In this document: piece after piece, positions 15,980-26,893 of the stretch
Layout: each line of letters starts with the position of its first letter
How positions within the stretch are numbered: position 1 is the stretch's first letter
NCBI GenBank assembly: GCA_964016885.1
Contig: OZ024752.1
Location: 12,214,001 to 12,278,000, forward strand
DNA: 64,000 nucleotides
Direction: 5' to 3'
Origin: Eledone cirrhosa
Lineage: Eukaryota
Notes under the pieces: model-generated
The model's database searches: none
Told to the model about the DNA's origin: nothing
What the model saw: only the letters and a program-made list of their open reading frames with translations
Translations under genes and position numbers: made by a program

Positions 15980-16898
15980 AAGTGTCTTGCTCAAGGACAT
16001 AACACATCTCTCAGTCTGGGAATCGAACTCACTACCTCACGACTGTGAATCCAATTCCTTAACAACTAAGCTATGTCCCTTCACTTTATTAATATATTAA
16101 TACACTTGTACCTACATACCGTACGTCCGACCATGTGTGTCACGCTTTCAGTAATATAAATAAAAATCGAATGACGTCCGTGAGACATGCTAAAACAATG
16201 GAAGTGGGGTGGTAAACAATCTACGAAAATCAAAGAGCGTTGCAATGTTTGGAAAGGAGAGAGAGAGGGGGGGGGGGGTTATAATATATTTAGAGAGAGG
16301 GGGGTTATAATATAGAGAAAGGGATGGGTTATTATATATATATATAGATAGGGGGTTATACTATATATAGAGAGGGGTTTATAATATAGAGAAATGGGTG
16401 GGTTATAATATATAGAGAGAGGGGGGTTATAATATAGAGAGAGGCGGTTATAATATAGAGAAAGGAGGGTTAAAATATATATATAGAGAGGGGGTTAAAT
16501 ATATATGTAGGGAGAGGGGTGTTATAATATATAGAGAGGGTGGTTTTAATAGAGAAAGGGATGGGTTTATATATAGAGAGAGAGGGTTTTAATATATTTA
16601 GAAAGAGGGGGTTATAATATAGGGAGAGGGATTATCTGTGAATTTTTTTCACGGGTCCAGCTAGTTAATATAAATATTGTAAATGAAGATGATGTTATGA
16701 TTTTGGACACATTTAAGGAGGTCAGTATTTCTCTACCTACACCCATACTATTTGCAATAATTGTAATGCGTCAAACTAGACTAAATATTTTGTCTCCAGC
16801 TGATATTATGACACGATATTCCAGAAGAGTTCCAAAACATTTTAAACCAAGTCTAGTGCACCCCTTCCCAGGTGTCAGAACACAGCCGGTCTCTCACG
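15980..16898 (+). pseudogene. Inverted duplicate of villin exon 11 with flanking intron (source ~35800-36192); splice acceptor deleted, interrupted by an insertion at ~16097-16664
   Basis: 16688-16839 is the reverse complement of 35895-36046 with 4 mismatches in 152 nt; upstream SINE flank and downstream flank also align. Confidence 0.9.
16097..16664 (+). mobile_element. Probable non-autonomous Helitron-like insertion with internal (agagagggggttataatat)-type minisatellite
   Basis: Absent from the paralogous region near 36075; ends ...cacgggtccagCTAG|t. Confidence 0.55.
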
Positions 16899-17056
16899 AT
16901 TAAGTCACACACATTCGCTTTTGTAATCTTTTGAAATCTTATACCCCAGTCATACATTACATGAATAAACAGTTGTTGGTTTATTATTATATATTACAGA
17001 TAGATTCAAAAAGATTATCAACAAGGAATACTCTCAATTCTGTAATAATTACTTAC

Positions 17057-17128
17057 GTCACGGACAAAAGCAATGCCAGCATTCTCTCGATCTAATTCCT
17101 GTTTAGCCTCCTCATATGATTTTGTTTT
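17057..17128 (-). CDS. VIL1: villin-like exon 14 (G6-headpiece linker): KTKSYEEAKQELDRENAGIAFVRD
   Basis: ttgtag|AAA acceptor, GAC|gtaagt donor, 72 nt; KSYEE.K.EL typical of the villin post-G6 segment. Confidence 0.9.
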
Positions 17129-17159
17129 CTACAAGAATAAAGAAAATGATATATATATA

Positions 17160-17705
17160 TATATTTTGAGTATATGTTGGTTGTATACCAACACCTCAGT
17201 ATGCAGATTGGAGCACTCGACGAAGTGCGCAGGTTGGTTTGGTTACTCCGGAGTAATGTAAAATAAAATAAAATAAATAAGTCAAATGTTTAAAATTTAG
17301 CTTCGTTTACTACTGCTATCTATATTTTGGTGACAGCCATCTTTGGTTGTAACCTCTTCAGGCAGTCCGAATTAGTGTGGTATAGACAAGTACATATGTT
17401 GTTGAGGTGTATAATTTTGTCAATACTCTGATATGTCCAGTTCCTGGTTGGGTTGTTATTTCTCTGAGGAACTGGAATCATATCCATCTATGATTCCAGT
17501 TCCTCAGTGAAATAACAACCCGACCTGGAACTGGGCATATCAGAGTATTGACAAAATTATACACCTCAACAACATATGTACTTGTCTATACCATACTAAT
17601 TCGGACTGCCTGAAGAGGTCACAACCAAAGATGGCTGTCACCAAAATATAGATAGCAGTAGTAAACGAAGCTAAATTTTAAACATTTGACTTATTTATTT
17701 TATTT

Positions 17706-17712
<7 letters not shown>
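17160..17712. mobile_element. Fold-back element, 224-bp arms (17259-17482 / 17489-17712), carrying a G12A-mutated hammerhead in each arm, plus a ~95-nt one-sided tail
   Basis: Reverse-complement arms with a few mismatches; actgc-CTGAAGA-ggtcaca..tgtcacc-AAAA-tatagata-gcagt at 17605-17659. Confidence 0.8.
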
Positions 17713-17769
<57 letters not shown>

Positions 17770-17805
17770 GGAGTAGACATTACAATACAACAGGAGGAAA
17801 CATAT

Positions 17806-17857
17806 TAGTACCACTGATGATGTCACAGGGGTGTGATGAAAGAACTTTGATAGACTA
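17806..17857 (+). ncRNA. Degenerate minimal hammerhead motif
   Basis: tacca-CTGATGA-tgtcacaggggtgtgat-GAAAG-aa-CTT-tgata. Confidence 0.45.
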
Positions 17858-18492
17858 TATATATATTTATATCTATATTTGTAACCAATTACCAGCTGAA
17901 TTAACTATAGGGATATAAAATATACAGAAGCAAAAACCAATCCAAACCAAACAGTGAGTGTGTTTTATTATTATTATTTCTGGCAATATTATAACAATAT
18001 GACCCTCACTAAGTATAACAATATTTTGTTTCAACACAGGATTTCATATCAAAAACCTTGCAAAACACATATATACTGTATACAATATATTAATAAATGG
18101 AAACTATATTTATAAAACCATATTTATTTTATTATACATATTTCAAGGGCCACCAAGGCAAATTATGGTGCGCTTTCATCAGATAAAATACAGATTTGTT
18201 TTATAAATAAATATTGACATACCCGGAAAAAAAACAACCTTAACGGTTGGAGCTTATTAATGTATTGTGTATTTACTCCACTAAACTGTTGAGTGCTTTA
18301 TATCAGTTATAAACATTTTTAAGCTTGTTGAATCCCAACAAATTAAATATAACCTCTGCATATATACTGTATATATATATTGTGTGTGTAAATATATATA
18401 TATATATATATGAGTAGGCTTGGTTGTGCGCCTTCGTATGCGCGGGTATATGTATATGTGTATGTGTATATATAGGTGTGTATATATGTGTA

Positions 18493-18533
<41 letters not shown>

Positions 18534-19079
18534 ATATCTGTGGGTCCGTGTATGTGTACATGTGTGCATATATCTGTGTATGCATGTACCTATATATGAG
18601 GGTGTGAATATATGCATGTGTACGTGTATGCGCACGCGCGGGGGTGTGTGTGTGCTTGTCCGCACAGATAAGTGTGTGCTGAGGAGCTCGGAATGTCTGT
18701 GTGTGAACACACGTGTGTGTGGTTGTGTCTGTATCGGGCTACGAGCAAGCTAGGGACAGGCAAGGCAGATCAGAACCCCATGCCCACGTAGCAGTAATTC
18801 TGGCGACATAATTAAGGTGAGTGACAGTTCACACCTGAATGGAAATGGCCAGTGGGCAGTTTTGAATGGTCAAACATACAGATGACGTCTCATACACTTG
18901 ACCAATCGATGGGCCGTGCAAACAGGATGATGGCAGGTGAAAGAAATTCAAAGGGTCGGAGTACAACGGACAGGAGATTTGCTTCGAAGTCACTAAACGT
19001 ATCTGAGGAACTTGCGAATCCAGGGTCAGGTTCAATCCAGAAATAGATCACACCTCGAGCTGTTCGCAGGAGAAAGAGT

Positions 19080-19317
19080 GAGGAATAACATGGTCGGCTG
19101 TACAAAAAGAGTTTATTATAAAAAAACCCATAAACTTGGGAATAAAACGATACTGGCCAATAAATTCTGGCAACTTAAAGACATCAACCAGAAATATGAA
19201 ATTAGCTGGTTGAAGTTATTGAGTGCAAGGGCCTACAATAATGGAATGTCCCACTGTGGACTATGCAATATAGAGCTGCTCCATATTTTAATAAACTGTG
19301 TTTCGATGCATCACTGA
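19080..19317 (+). mobile_element. Degraded Penelope-like GIY-YIG endonuclease fragment
   Basis: T.LA..FW.LK....Y.I.W..L..AR.YN.G...C.LC..E, paralogous to 2357-2686. Confidence 0.7.
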
Positions 19318-19514
19318 TTCTTTGTTTTCCATATGATTATACTCTGCTCTGAAGGAGCATAGAGTGCTCAACCAGCATACCGCCTATGGAAGTATCCAAG
19401 CCACCTTACCACAAATATATATATATAGGCAAGTTATTCTGGATTGAATCATAGGTAACCACAGTAAGTAAGGTACTCAATACATAGCAGAGTATAAAAG
19501 TTTTAATATAGATG

Positions 19515-19565
19515 AGATTCTACAGGACTAGAACTGTTTCATTCTTTAGAAATCATCAGGAATCT
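19515..19565 (-). ncRNA. Minimal type I hammerhead motif (same family as 7560-7610), sense to villin pre-mRNA
   Basis: Reverse complement reads agattcCTGATGAtttctaaagaatGAAACagttctagtcctGTAgaatct. Confidence 0.72.
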
Positions 19566-19606
19566 GGCTTTCCAAAAATAAATGTAGTGGTATTTATATC
19601 TTTTCA

Positions 19607-19830
19607 GGAGGTACACTGAGATTACTTTATCTACCCACTTGTCAGCTAGTAGTATACCTACACCACCCATCCCATCGTCATTTCCCACCCAGAAAAATTT
19701 GTAGCACTGACTTTTTCCTACAAGGACTCTAGCAGACTCTCCTCTCCATCTAGTCTCTTGCACACAGCATACATCAATTCCTTTCGCTCTAGCATCTCTA
19801 CGATTTCTTCTGCTCTTCCTTTCATTGTAA
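19607..19830 (-). mobile_element. RTE LINE apurinic endonuclease fragment
   Basis: CVQETRWRG..AR....YKFFWVG...G.GGVGILLA.KWVDKVISV. Confidence 0.85.
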
Positions 19831-19863
19831 TATATATATATATATATAGTTTTAATATAGATG

Positions 19864-19914
19864 AGATTCTACAGGACTAGAACTGTTTCATTCTTTAGAA
19901 ATCATCAGGAATCT
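19864..19914 (-). ncRNA. Second tandem hammerhead copy, 349 nt from 19515-19565
   Basis: Identical motif; element continues to ~20330 and is homologous to 7190-7560. Confidence 0.72.
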
Positions 19915-20614
19915 GGCTTTCCAAAAATAAATGTAGTGGTATTTATATCTTTTCAGGTGGTAGGAGAGGGTGGGGAGTGGGATGGGTGGAGGTCATTGGT
20001 TGAAAGAAAAGGGAATTCATTAAAAGCTAATTCTTTAAGTTTATAGTTTATATTTAGAGTGACAAAGGCAGAAAGGATTATATAAACAGGTTCAGAATGT
20101 GGTGCCACTCCTTATTTTTAAGTTTCTCTTAAGCTAACAATGCCTATATTTCAGGTGTCTATAAGATGGTGGGGTCATGGTTGATGGATTTAAAGAAAAG
20201 AGAAATTCTTTAAAAGCTAATTCTTTAAAGCACTCCTTAGAGTGACAAAGGCCAAGAGAATTCTATAAACCAGTTCAAAATATTGGGTGCCTATCATTAT
20301 TGTCATGTTTCTCTTAAGCTACATTCCAGGTGTGAACTGACACATTCACATACATACACACACACACACACTTATATATATGTATGTATGTATGTGTATA
20401 TAAAGGCGGTGCCCCAGCATGGCCTCAGCCGGATGGCTGAAACAGGTAAAAGAGTAAAAGAGTAATATTAAAGTGTTAAACAATATTCAATGATTATGTC
20501 AAAGAATGAGTTTTACAGTAGATTGGAAGCACTCAACGGGAAAAATAATTTTCTGGAGTTATTAATATTAAAATATAAGTATTAATAAAATAGATGTTCT
20601 TTTGATCAATTACA

Positions 20615-20665
20615 TTTTATTATACATATTTCGGATGTACAACAGTACGTCCTCATCAGACAAAA
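20615..20665 (-). ncRNA. Minimal type I hammerhead motif (AUA triplet)
   Basis: Reverse complement: ttttgt-CTGATGA-ggacgtac tgtt gtacatcc-GAAAT-atgt-ATA-ataaaa. Confidence 0.7.
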
Positions 20666-20926
20666 TATAATGATACATGACATACCCTGAGATGTTAATA
20701 CACATATACACAGGCACAGAAAATGCAGATAGGTGAGAGGTACTTACATAACCATAGTGCCGTGTATATGTGTATATATATATATGCATATGTATGTGTG
20801 TATGTGTGTATATATATATATATATATATGCATATATATGTATGTGTGTATGTGTGTGTATGTATGTGTATATATGTATGTATATGTATATATATATATG
20901 TATATATATATGTATGTGTATGCATG

Positions 20927-20959
<33 letters not shown>

Positions 20960-21101
20960 ATGTATGTGTATATATGTGTTTTATATATATGTGTATGTAT
21001 GTGTGTATGTTTATGTATATATATGTATGTATATATTTGTATATATATGTGTGTATATATATATATATGTATATATGTGTATATGTATGTATATATATGT
21101 A

Positions 21102-21132
<31 letters not shown>

Positions 21133-21179
21133 GTATGTTTGTATGTATGTATATATATGTATGTATGTATGTGTGTATG

Positions 21180-21476
21180 GTAAATATCATCTTGGTTAAG
21201 AGAGTGGGACTGGCCTTGTGCAGTGCCTTTGTTCACTATAAAAGCTTCACGGCACAGGCATTGCTTTATATCTGGAGATCTCTTTGCACTTGTCGTCACA
21301 TGGTACCATGGGCCTAGCACTATGTGTCAATAATTGTCACAAGTGTAGTGTTTGTACCAGAGTTTTCAAGTCGCTGGCTGGACTAAAAAGTCACACTTGT
21401 TCAGCGCATGGGTAGGGGTTCTCCTACATGGATATAAAGTAGCGGCCGTACTCGAAAACGAGTTGGCAACCACCAT
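21180..21476 (+). mobile_element. RTE/BovB-like LINE 3' end fragment; inverted copy at 25838-26135
   Basis: C-terminal C2H2-like [17 protein letters not shown]; close reverse-complement match to 25838-26135. Confidence 0.65.
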
Positions 21477-21523
21477 ATATATATATATGTATGTATGTGT
21501 ATATATATATATATGTATATGTA

Positions 21524-21555
<32 letters not shown>

Positions 21556-21809
21556 CAAATATAATTCAGCGAGAATCGTATTTCGGCTGGTAGAAAAAGC
21601 GAAACGAAACACAAAATCGTAGAAATGCTGGCAAGCGCTCAATAGTTAAAAATCTAGAGCTATACAATAAGTTAAAACGCCATACAAACTTAAAAAGTGG
21701 TTAAGAAGGTATTAACTACATAACCTCACAAAAAAATCAAGCTAAACAGGTCAAATAAAATAATTGTTTCTACTTTAGGCACAAGGCCAGCAATTACCCA
21801 GTGCATATG

Positions 21810-24546
21810 TGAAATAGGACATAGGGTGTGGTGGAATGGAGAGCAAAGGTATATTATGAGTAGGGTGTTTCTTGAAAACTATAGTTCTGGGTGACAAATC
21901 CTACAAAGCAGCTTTGTATGTGTTTAATCATGAGTAGGCAGGTGACTATTTCAGCCAGTAACAGATTTAAAGATATTTTACTCAACGCCTACGACAGTAA
22001 AGAAGAACAGATAGAGACATTCAATGTAGAAGAGAACTGGGAGTTCCTAAAAAATAACTTACTAGAGGCGACGGATGAGATCTGTGGCTGGAGTAAGACC
22101 ACAAGCAGGAGGAGAGTGACTTGGTGGTGGAACAATAAGGTAGGTGAGGCAGTTAAGGCCAAGAGACAGGCATGGAAAGAATGGAAGAACGGGGGAAGCA
22201 GGGTACATTACATAGAGACCAAGAGGGAAGCTAGGCGACAAGTATACTTAGCTAGGAGGGAAGCAGAGGATAGAAAATTCAAGCATGTTTTGCAATGTGA
22301 GGACCAGAAACAGGAGGTGTTCAAGATTGCGAGGCAGTGTCAGAGAGAATTCTGATGTCATTGGAGAGAAGTGTATCCGGAATTATAAAAGTGAGCTTGC
22401 CCTCACAAGTGCTGACCAGAAAGATGCATGGAAGAGCCATTATGATAGATTACTAAATGAGGAGAATGCATGGGAAGAAGAGACCCTACCCCGAATAGAC
22501 CCTATAGAGGGGCCAGCAGTACAAGTCAGCAGCAGCGTAGTAAGTAAGGCAATCAAAGATATGAAGATGAGGAAGGCAACCGGTCCATCGGGTATAACTG
22601 CCGAGATGCTGATGGCATCTGGGTCTGTAGGTCACACTATAACCACACGTATTGTTAACCAGGTAATACTAGAAGGTGTCATACCAAAAGATTGGTGCAG
22701 TAGCATCATTGTCAACTGCTACAAAGGTAAAGGAGATACACTAGATAGAGGAAACTATAGAGGTATAAATCTGAAGGATCAGGTCATGAAAGTAACAGAA
22801 AGAGTTATAGCACAGTTGTTTAGGGACCGGGTGAAACTAGATGAGATGCAATTTGGGTTTGTACCAGGAAGAGGCACCACTGATGCCCTCTTCCTTGTGA
22901 GGCAGTTACAGGAAAAGTACCTAGCTAAAAGTAAGCCACTCTACCTGGAATTCGTCGATCTCGAGAAAGCCTTTGACAGAGTTCCACGTGCTATAATCTG
23001 GTGGGCTCTTAGAAAACTAGGAGTAGATGAATGGCTTGTGAAAGCTGTACAAGCCATTTATAGGGGAGCAGTCAGCAAAGTTAGGATTAGCAATGAGTAT
23101 AGCGAGGAATTTAGCGTACAGGTTGGGGTCCACCAGGGCTCTCTTCTTAGCCCTCTCCTGTTCATCATAGTCCTGCAGGCAATAACGGAGGAGTTTAAGA
23201 CCGGATGCCCATGGGAACTCCTGTATGCAGATGACCTTGCAATTATAGCTGAATCTATGGTAGAGCTAGAGAAGAAATTCCAAACTTGGCAGCAGGGACT
23301 AGAGAGAAAGGGTCTCAAAGTCAACATGACAAAGACTAAGGTCCTTGTAAGTAGACGAGAAAACAGAACCCAGATCCCCTCAGGGAAATGGCCTTGCTCA
23401 GTATGTAGGAAAGGTGTAGGTAGGAACTCCATTCTCTGCCCCAAATGCAAACAATGGGTACACAAGAGATGTAGCGGGATCTCAGGAAGCTTAATTAAGA
23501 ATTAGGCTTCACATGTAGCAGCTGTACTGGGACAGCAAGCAGCAAACAGCCACAGGAAACAAGTACCACCAATCTCTGGGAGGGCTCTTTAGAAACAGTA
23601 GACAGCTTCTGCTACCTAGGTGACCGAATTAGCAGCGGAGGTGGGTGTTCAGAAAGTACAATAACTAGGGTAAGAACGGGATGGAAGAAGTTCAGGGAAC
23701 GACTGCCACTGCTAGCTGCAAAAGGCTTCTCCCTCAAAATGAAAGGCAGACTGTATGATGCGTGTATCCAAACAGCAATGTTACATGGTAGTGTGACCTG
23801 GGCGCTGAAGGTGGAAGACTTACGTAGATTAGAAAGAAACGAAGCCTGCATGCTCCGATGGATGTGTAATAGTAATATACGCGAACGGCAAAGCATAAAT
23901 GAATTGAGAGAGAGAGAGTGAGCATAAGAGGAATCAAATGCTGTGTGCAGGAGAGGCGGTTGCGTTGGTATGGACATGTGATGCCTATGAAGGATGGCAG
24001 CTGCATAAAAAGGTGAAGAGCACTAGAAGTCAATGGAAACCGCGGAGTGGGGAGACCCAAGAAGACCTGGGATGAGGTGATAAAAGCCGACCTTACCCAA
24101 TTACACCTCTCAAAGGCGATGACACACGACCGTGACCTCTGGCGTCACACAGTAATACAGAGTACCCGACCTCCCATGGGTACAAGCTGAAGCCTATAGA
24201 CAATATGCCCCCACACCCTCCCACTGTAAAGTGGTCGTGGAGGTGCCACGACAAAAAAGCACCCAGCCCACACTGTAAAATGGACGTGTAGGCGCCACGG
24301 AAAAAAGCACCCAGCACTCACTGTAAATGAGGTTGGTGTTAGGAAGGGCATCCAGCTGTAGACATCAAGCCAGAACCAGTTCCTGTATGAGCAAGTTGTA
24401 CGCATAGTCACCTGCATACTCGTGATTAAACAAACACATACAAAGCTGCTTTGTAGGACTGTCACCCAGAACTATAGTTTTCAAGTAACACCCTACTCAT
24501 AATATACCTTTGCTCGCCATCCCACCCCACCCTATGTCCTATTTCA
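21810..24546. repeat. ~140-bp inverted repeats (21810-21949 / 24404-24546) bracketing the RTE body
   Basis: tgaaataggacatagggtg...ggtgactat versus atagtcacc...ccctatgtcctatttca. Confidence 0.85.
21950..24400 (+). mobile_element. 5'-truncated RTE-clade LINE (RT with inserted PHD-like Cys finger), frameshifted, with 3' UTR
   Basis: ORFs 21891-22355 and 22285-23505: WWWN, NYRGI, QFGFVPGRGTTDA, FVDLEKAFDRVP, GVHQGS.LSPLLF, LLYADD, CSVC..C.KC..WVH.RC; later RLRWYGHV and GRP.KTW. Confidence 0.93.
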
Positions 24547-24761
24547 ATTCATTTTATAGTAACGAGGTTATGTAAGTACTCTTTGTTAACTTAACCTTCT
24601 TCTTGGCTCTCTGAAGCTCGTCTCTAGCTCCATACTGTCTCTATATCCAGTTTCTCAAACAGCTGTCTGATCTCCTCAGTGTTTGCAACCAGCCCAACAT
24701 ATATACACATATATACACACATATATATACACATATACAAAATACATAAACACATACACAA

Positions 24762-24792
<31 letters not shown>

Positions 24793-24819
24793 AAGAGAGA
24801 GAGAGACATATATATATAT

Positions 24820-25256
24820 AGTAAAAAACAGAGAGGCAGTACGAACAAAGGTTTATTAGTTTCACTCTCTTGAGAGTGGGGTTGTGGTGGGGAACGACGC
24901 TTCGGGCATAAGCCCTTCTTCAGGTGAAAAGTGTGCGGGAAGAGAGTTCCAAGGGTGTGTAGGGGAGTGGTGGAGAGACATATAGAAAAAAGGGGGGTGA
25001 GAAGAAACAGTACAAATGAAATTAAATATAAAAGCATGATAAAAATAAAAATAAATATGAAGTAAAACAGGTGGTGGAAGGGTGTGGGGCGTGTAGGGGT
25101 TGTGGCGGGTGGAGTGGGGAGAGGGAGGCGGGGTGTCCGAGCGGGGAGGGCTGAAGGTGGTGTGTGTGTGTAGGTGTACGTGTGTGTGTGTGTGTGTATG
25201 TGAAAGTAAGAGTTGGGGGAAGAACGGGGTTGCATGTTCAGGAAGAGGTGTGTGTT
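24820..25256 (-). mobile_element. Second copy of the 280-870 repeat (Penelope-like tail)
   Basis: Reverse-complement similarity to 370-860, including CTGAAGA-agggcttatgccc-GAAGCGTC. Confidence 0.55.
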
Positions 25257-25413
25257 TATACATATATACAGGAAGAGGTGTGTGTTTATATATATATACA
25301 CATACATATATACACATACAAATATACATACAAATATACATATACACACACATATATATATATATATAGTGACGAAACATAAGTCAATTGCATGAACTCA
25401 TAATCCTTTATTT

Positions 25414-25469
25414 ACTGCTATATATATTTCGATGAAAGCCATTGACTGGCTATGACCTCATCAGGCAGT
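25414..25469 (-). ncRNA. Minimal type I hammerhead motif (AUA triplet, palindromic loop 3)
   Basis: Reverse complement: actgc-CTGATGA-ggtcatagccagtcaatggctttcatc-GAAAT-atat-ATA-gcagt. Confidence 0.7.
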
Positions 25470-25655
25470 TAGTCAGTTCTTAGATATGCCAGCTCTGTGT
25501 GTATAGTGTTGATGGTATCAGAGCCTTGGGACATATATATATATATATATATATTCATATACACACATATATATACACATATATATATACACATACACAT
25601 GCATATATACATATATATATATATAATATATATACACTTATATACACATACATAT

Positions 25656-25686
<31 letters not shown>

Positions 25687-25799
25687 ACGGAAGAAATGTG
25701 GTAAGGAACCAGGTGGACCATAACGCACCAAAGTACTCAATACTTAGGGTAGTAGAGTGGGTAATAGGAACGAGTAGCACCCTAGGGGTGCTACTCGTT

Positions 25800-25804
<5 letters not shown>
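25687..25804. mobile_element. Miniature fold-back insertion (19-bp arms at 25764-25804 plus ~77-nt tail) in (TA)n
   Basis: ataggaacgagtagcaccc-tag-gggtgctactcgttcctat; tail shares gtactcaatac with the 6711 family. Confidence 0.7.
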
Positions 25805-25840
<36 letters not shown>

Positions 25841-26463
25841 GGTGGCTGCCAACTCGTTTTCGAGTATGGCCACTACTTTATATCCATGTAGGAGAACTCC
25901 TACCGATGCGCTGAACGAATGTGACTTTAGTCCAGCCAGCGACTTGAAAACTCTGGTACAAACACTACACTTGTGACAATTATTGACCCATAGTGCTGGG
26001 CCCATGGTACCATGTGACGACAAGTGCAGAGAGATCTCCAGATATAAAGCAATGCCTCTGCCGTGAAGCTTTTATAGTGAGCAAAGGCACTGCACAAAGC
26101 CAGTCCCACTCTCTTAACCAAGATGATATTTACCAAAAAGAAGAACAAGTCAACATCATTGGATACCATCAGAGTTGCAGGTGTTATATCAGAGTTTTCC
26201 TTCTCCTAGAATTCTGCCTTGACAAAGGCTAAGGGGTCATCTCTCCCGGTGATTTTGGATGGCCATTGACTCTTAAGAGCTCCTTTGCCCTTTGACAGGT
26301 TTTGTTTTTAGTCCTGCAGGATGTCCAAAGTCACCCTCCTCACCAAGAAACCTTAGTGGGGTTGCCAGTTTAGTCGCCAACGACCCGACCATGGGACAGG
26401 TTGTACTGGAATACATGTTACCAGTAGCACCAAGTGGTGACCTGACATAATATATGCATATAT

Positions 26464-26867
<404 letters not shown>

Positions 26868-26893
26868 TATATATATATATATATATATATACT

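Noticed and set aside
16697-16903. ORF MILDTFKEVS... as an exon of a second, plus-strand gelsolin-family gene
   Set aside because: Acceptor is deleted and no other plus-strand gelsolin exons were found; treated as an inverted duplicate
18735-19080. Unique-looking GC-richer segment as a possible extra exon or LINE fragment
   Set aside because: No recognisable motif in any frame, and the villin frame is complete without it
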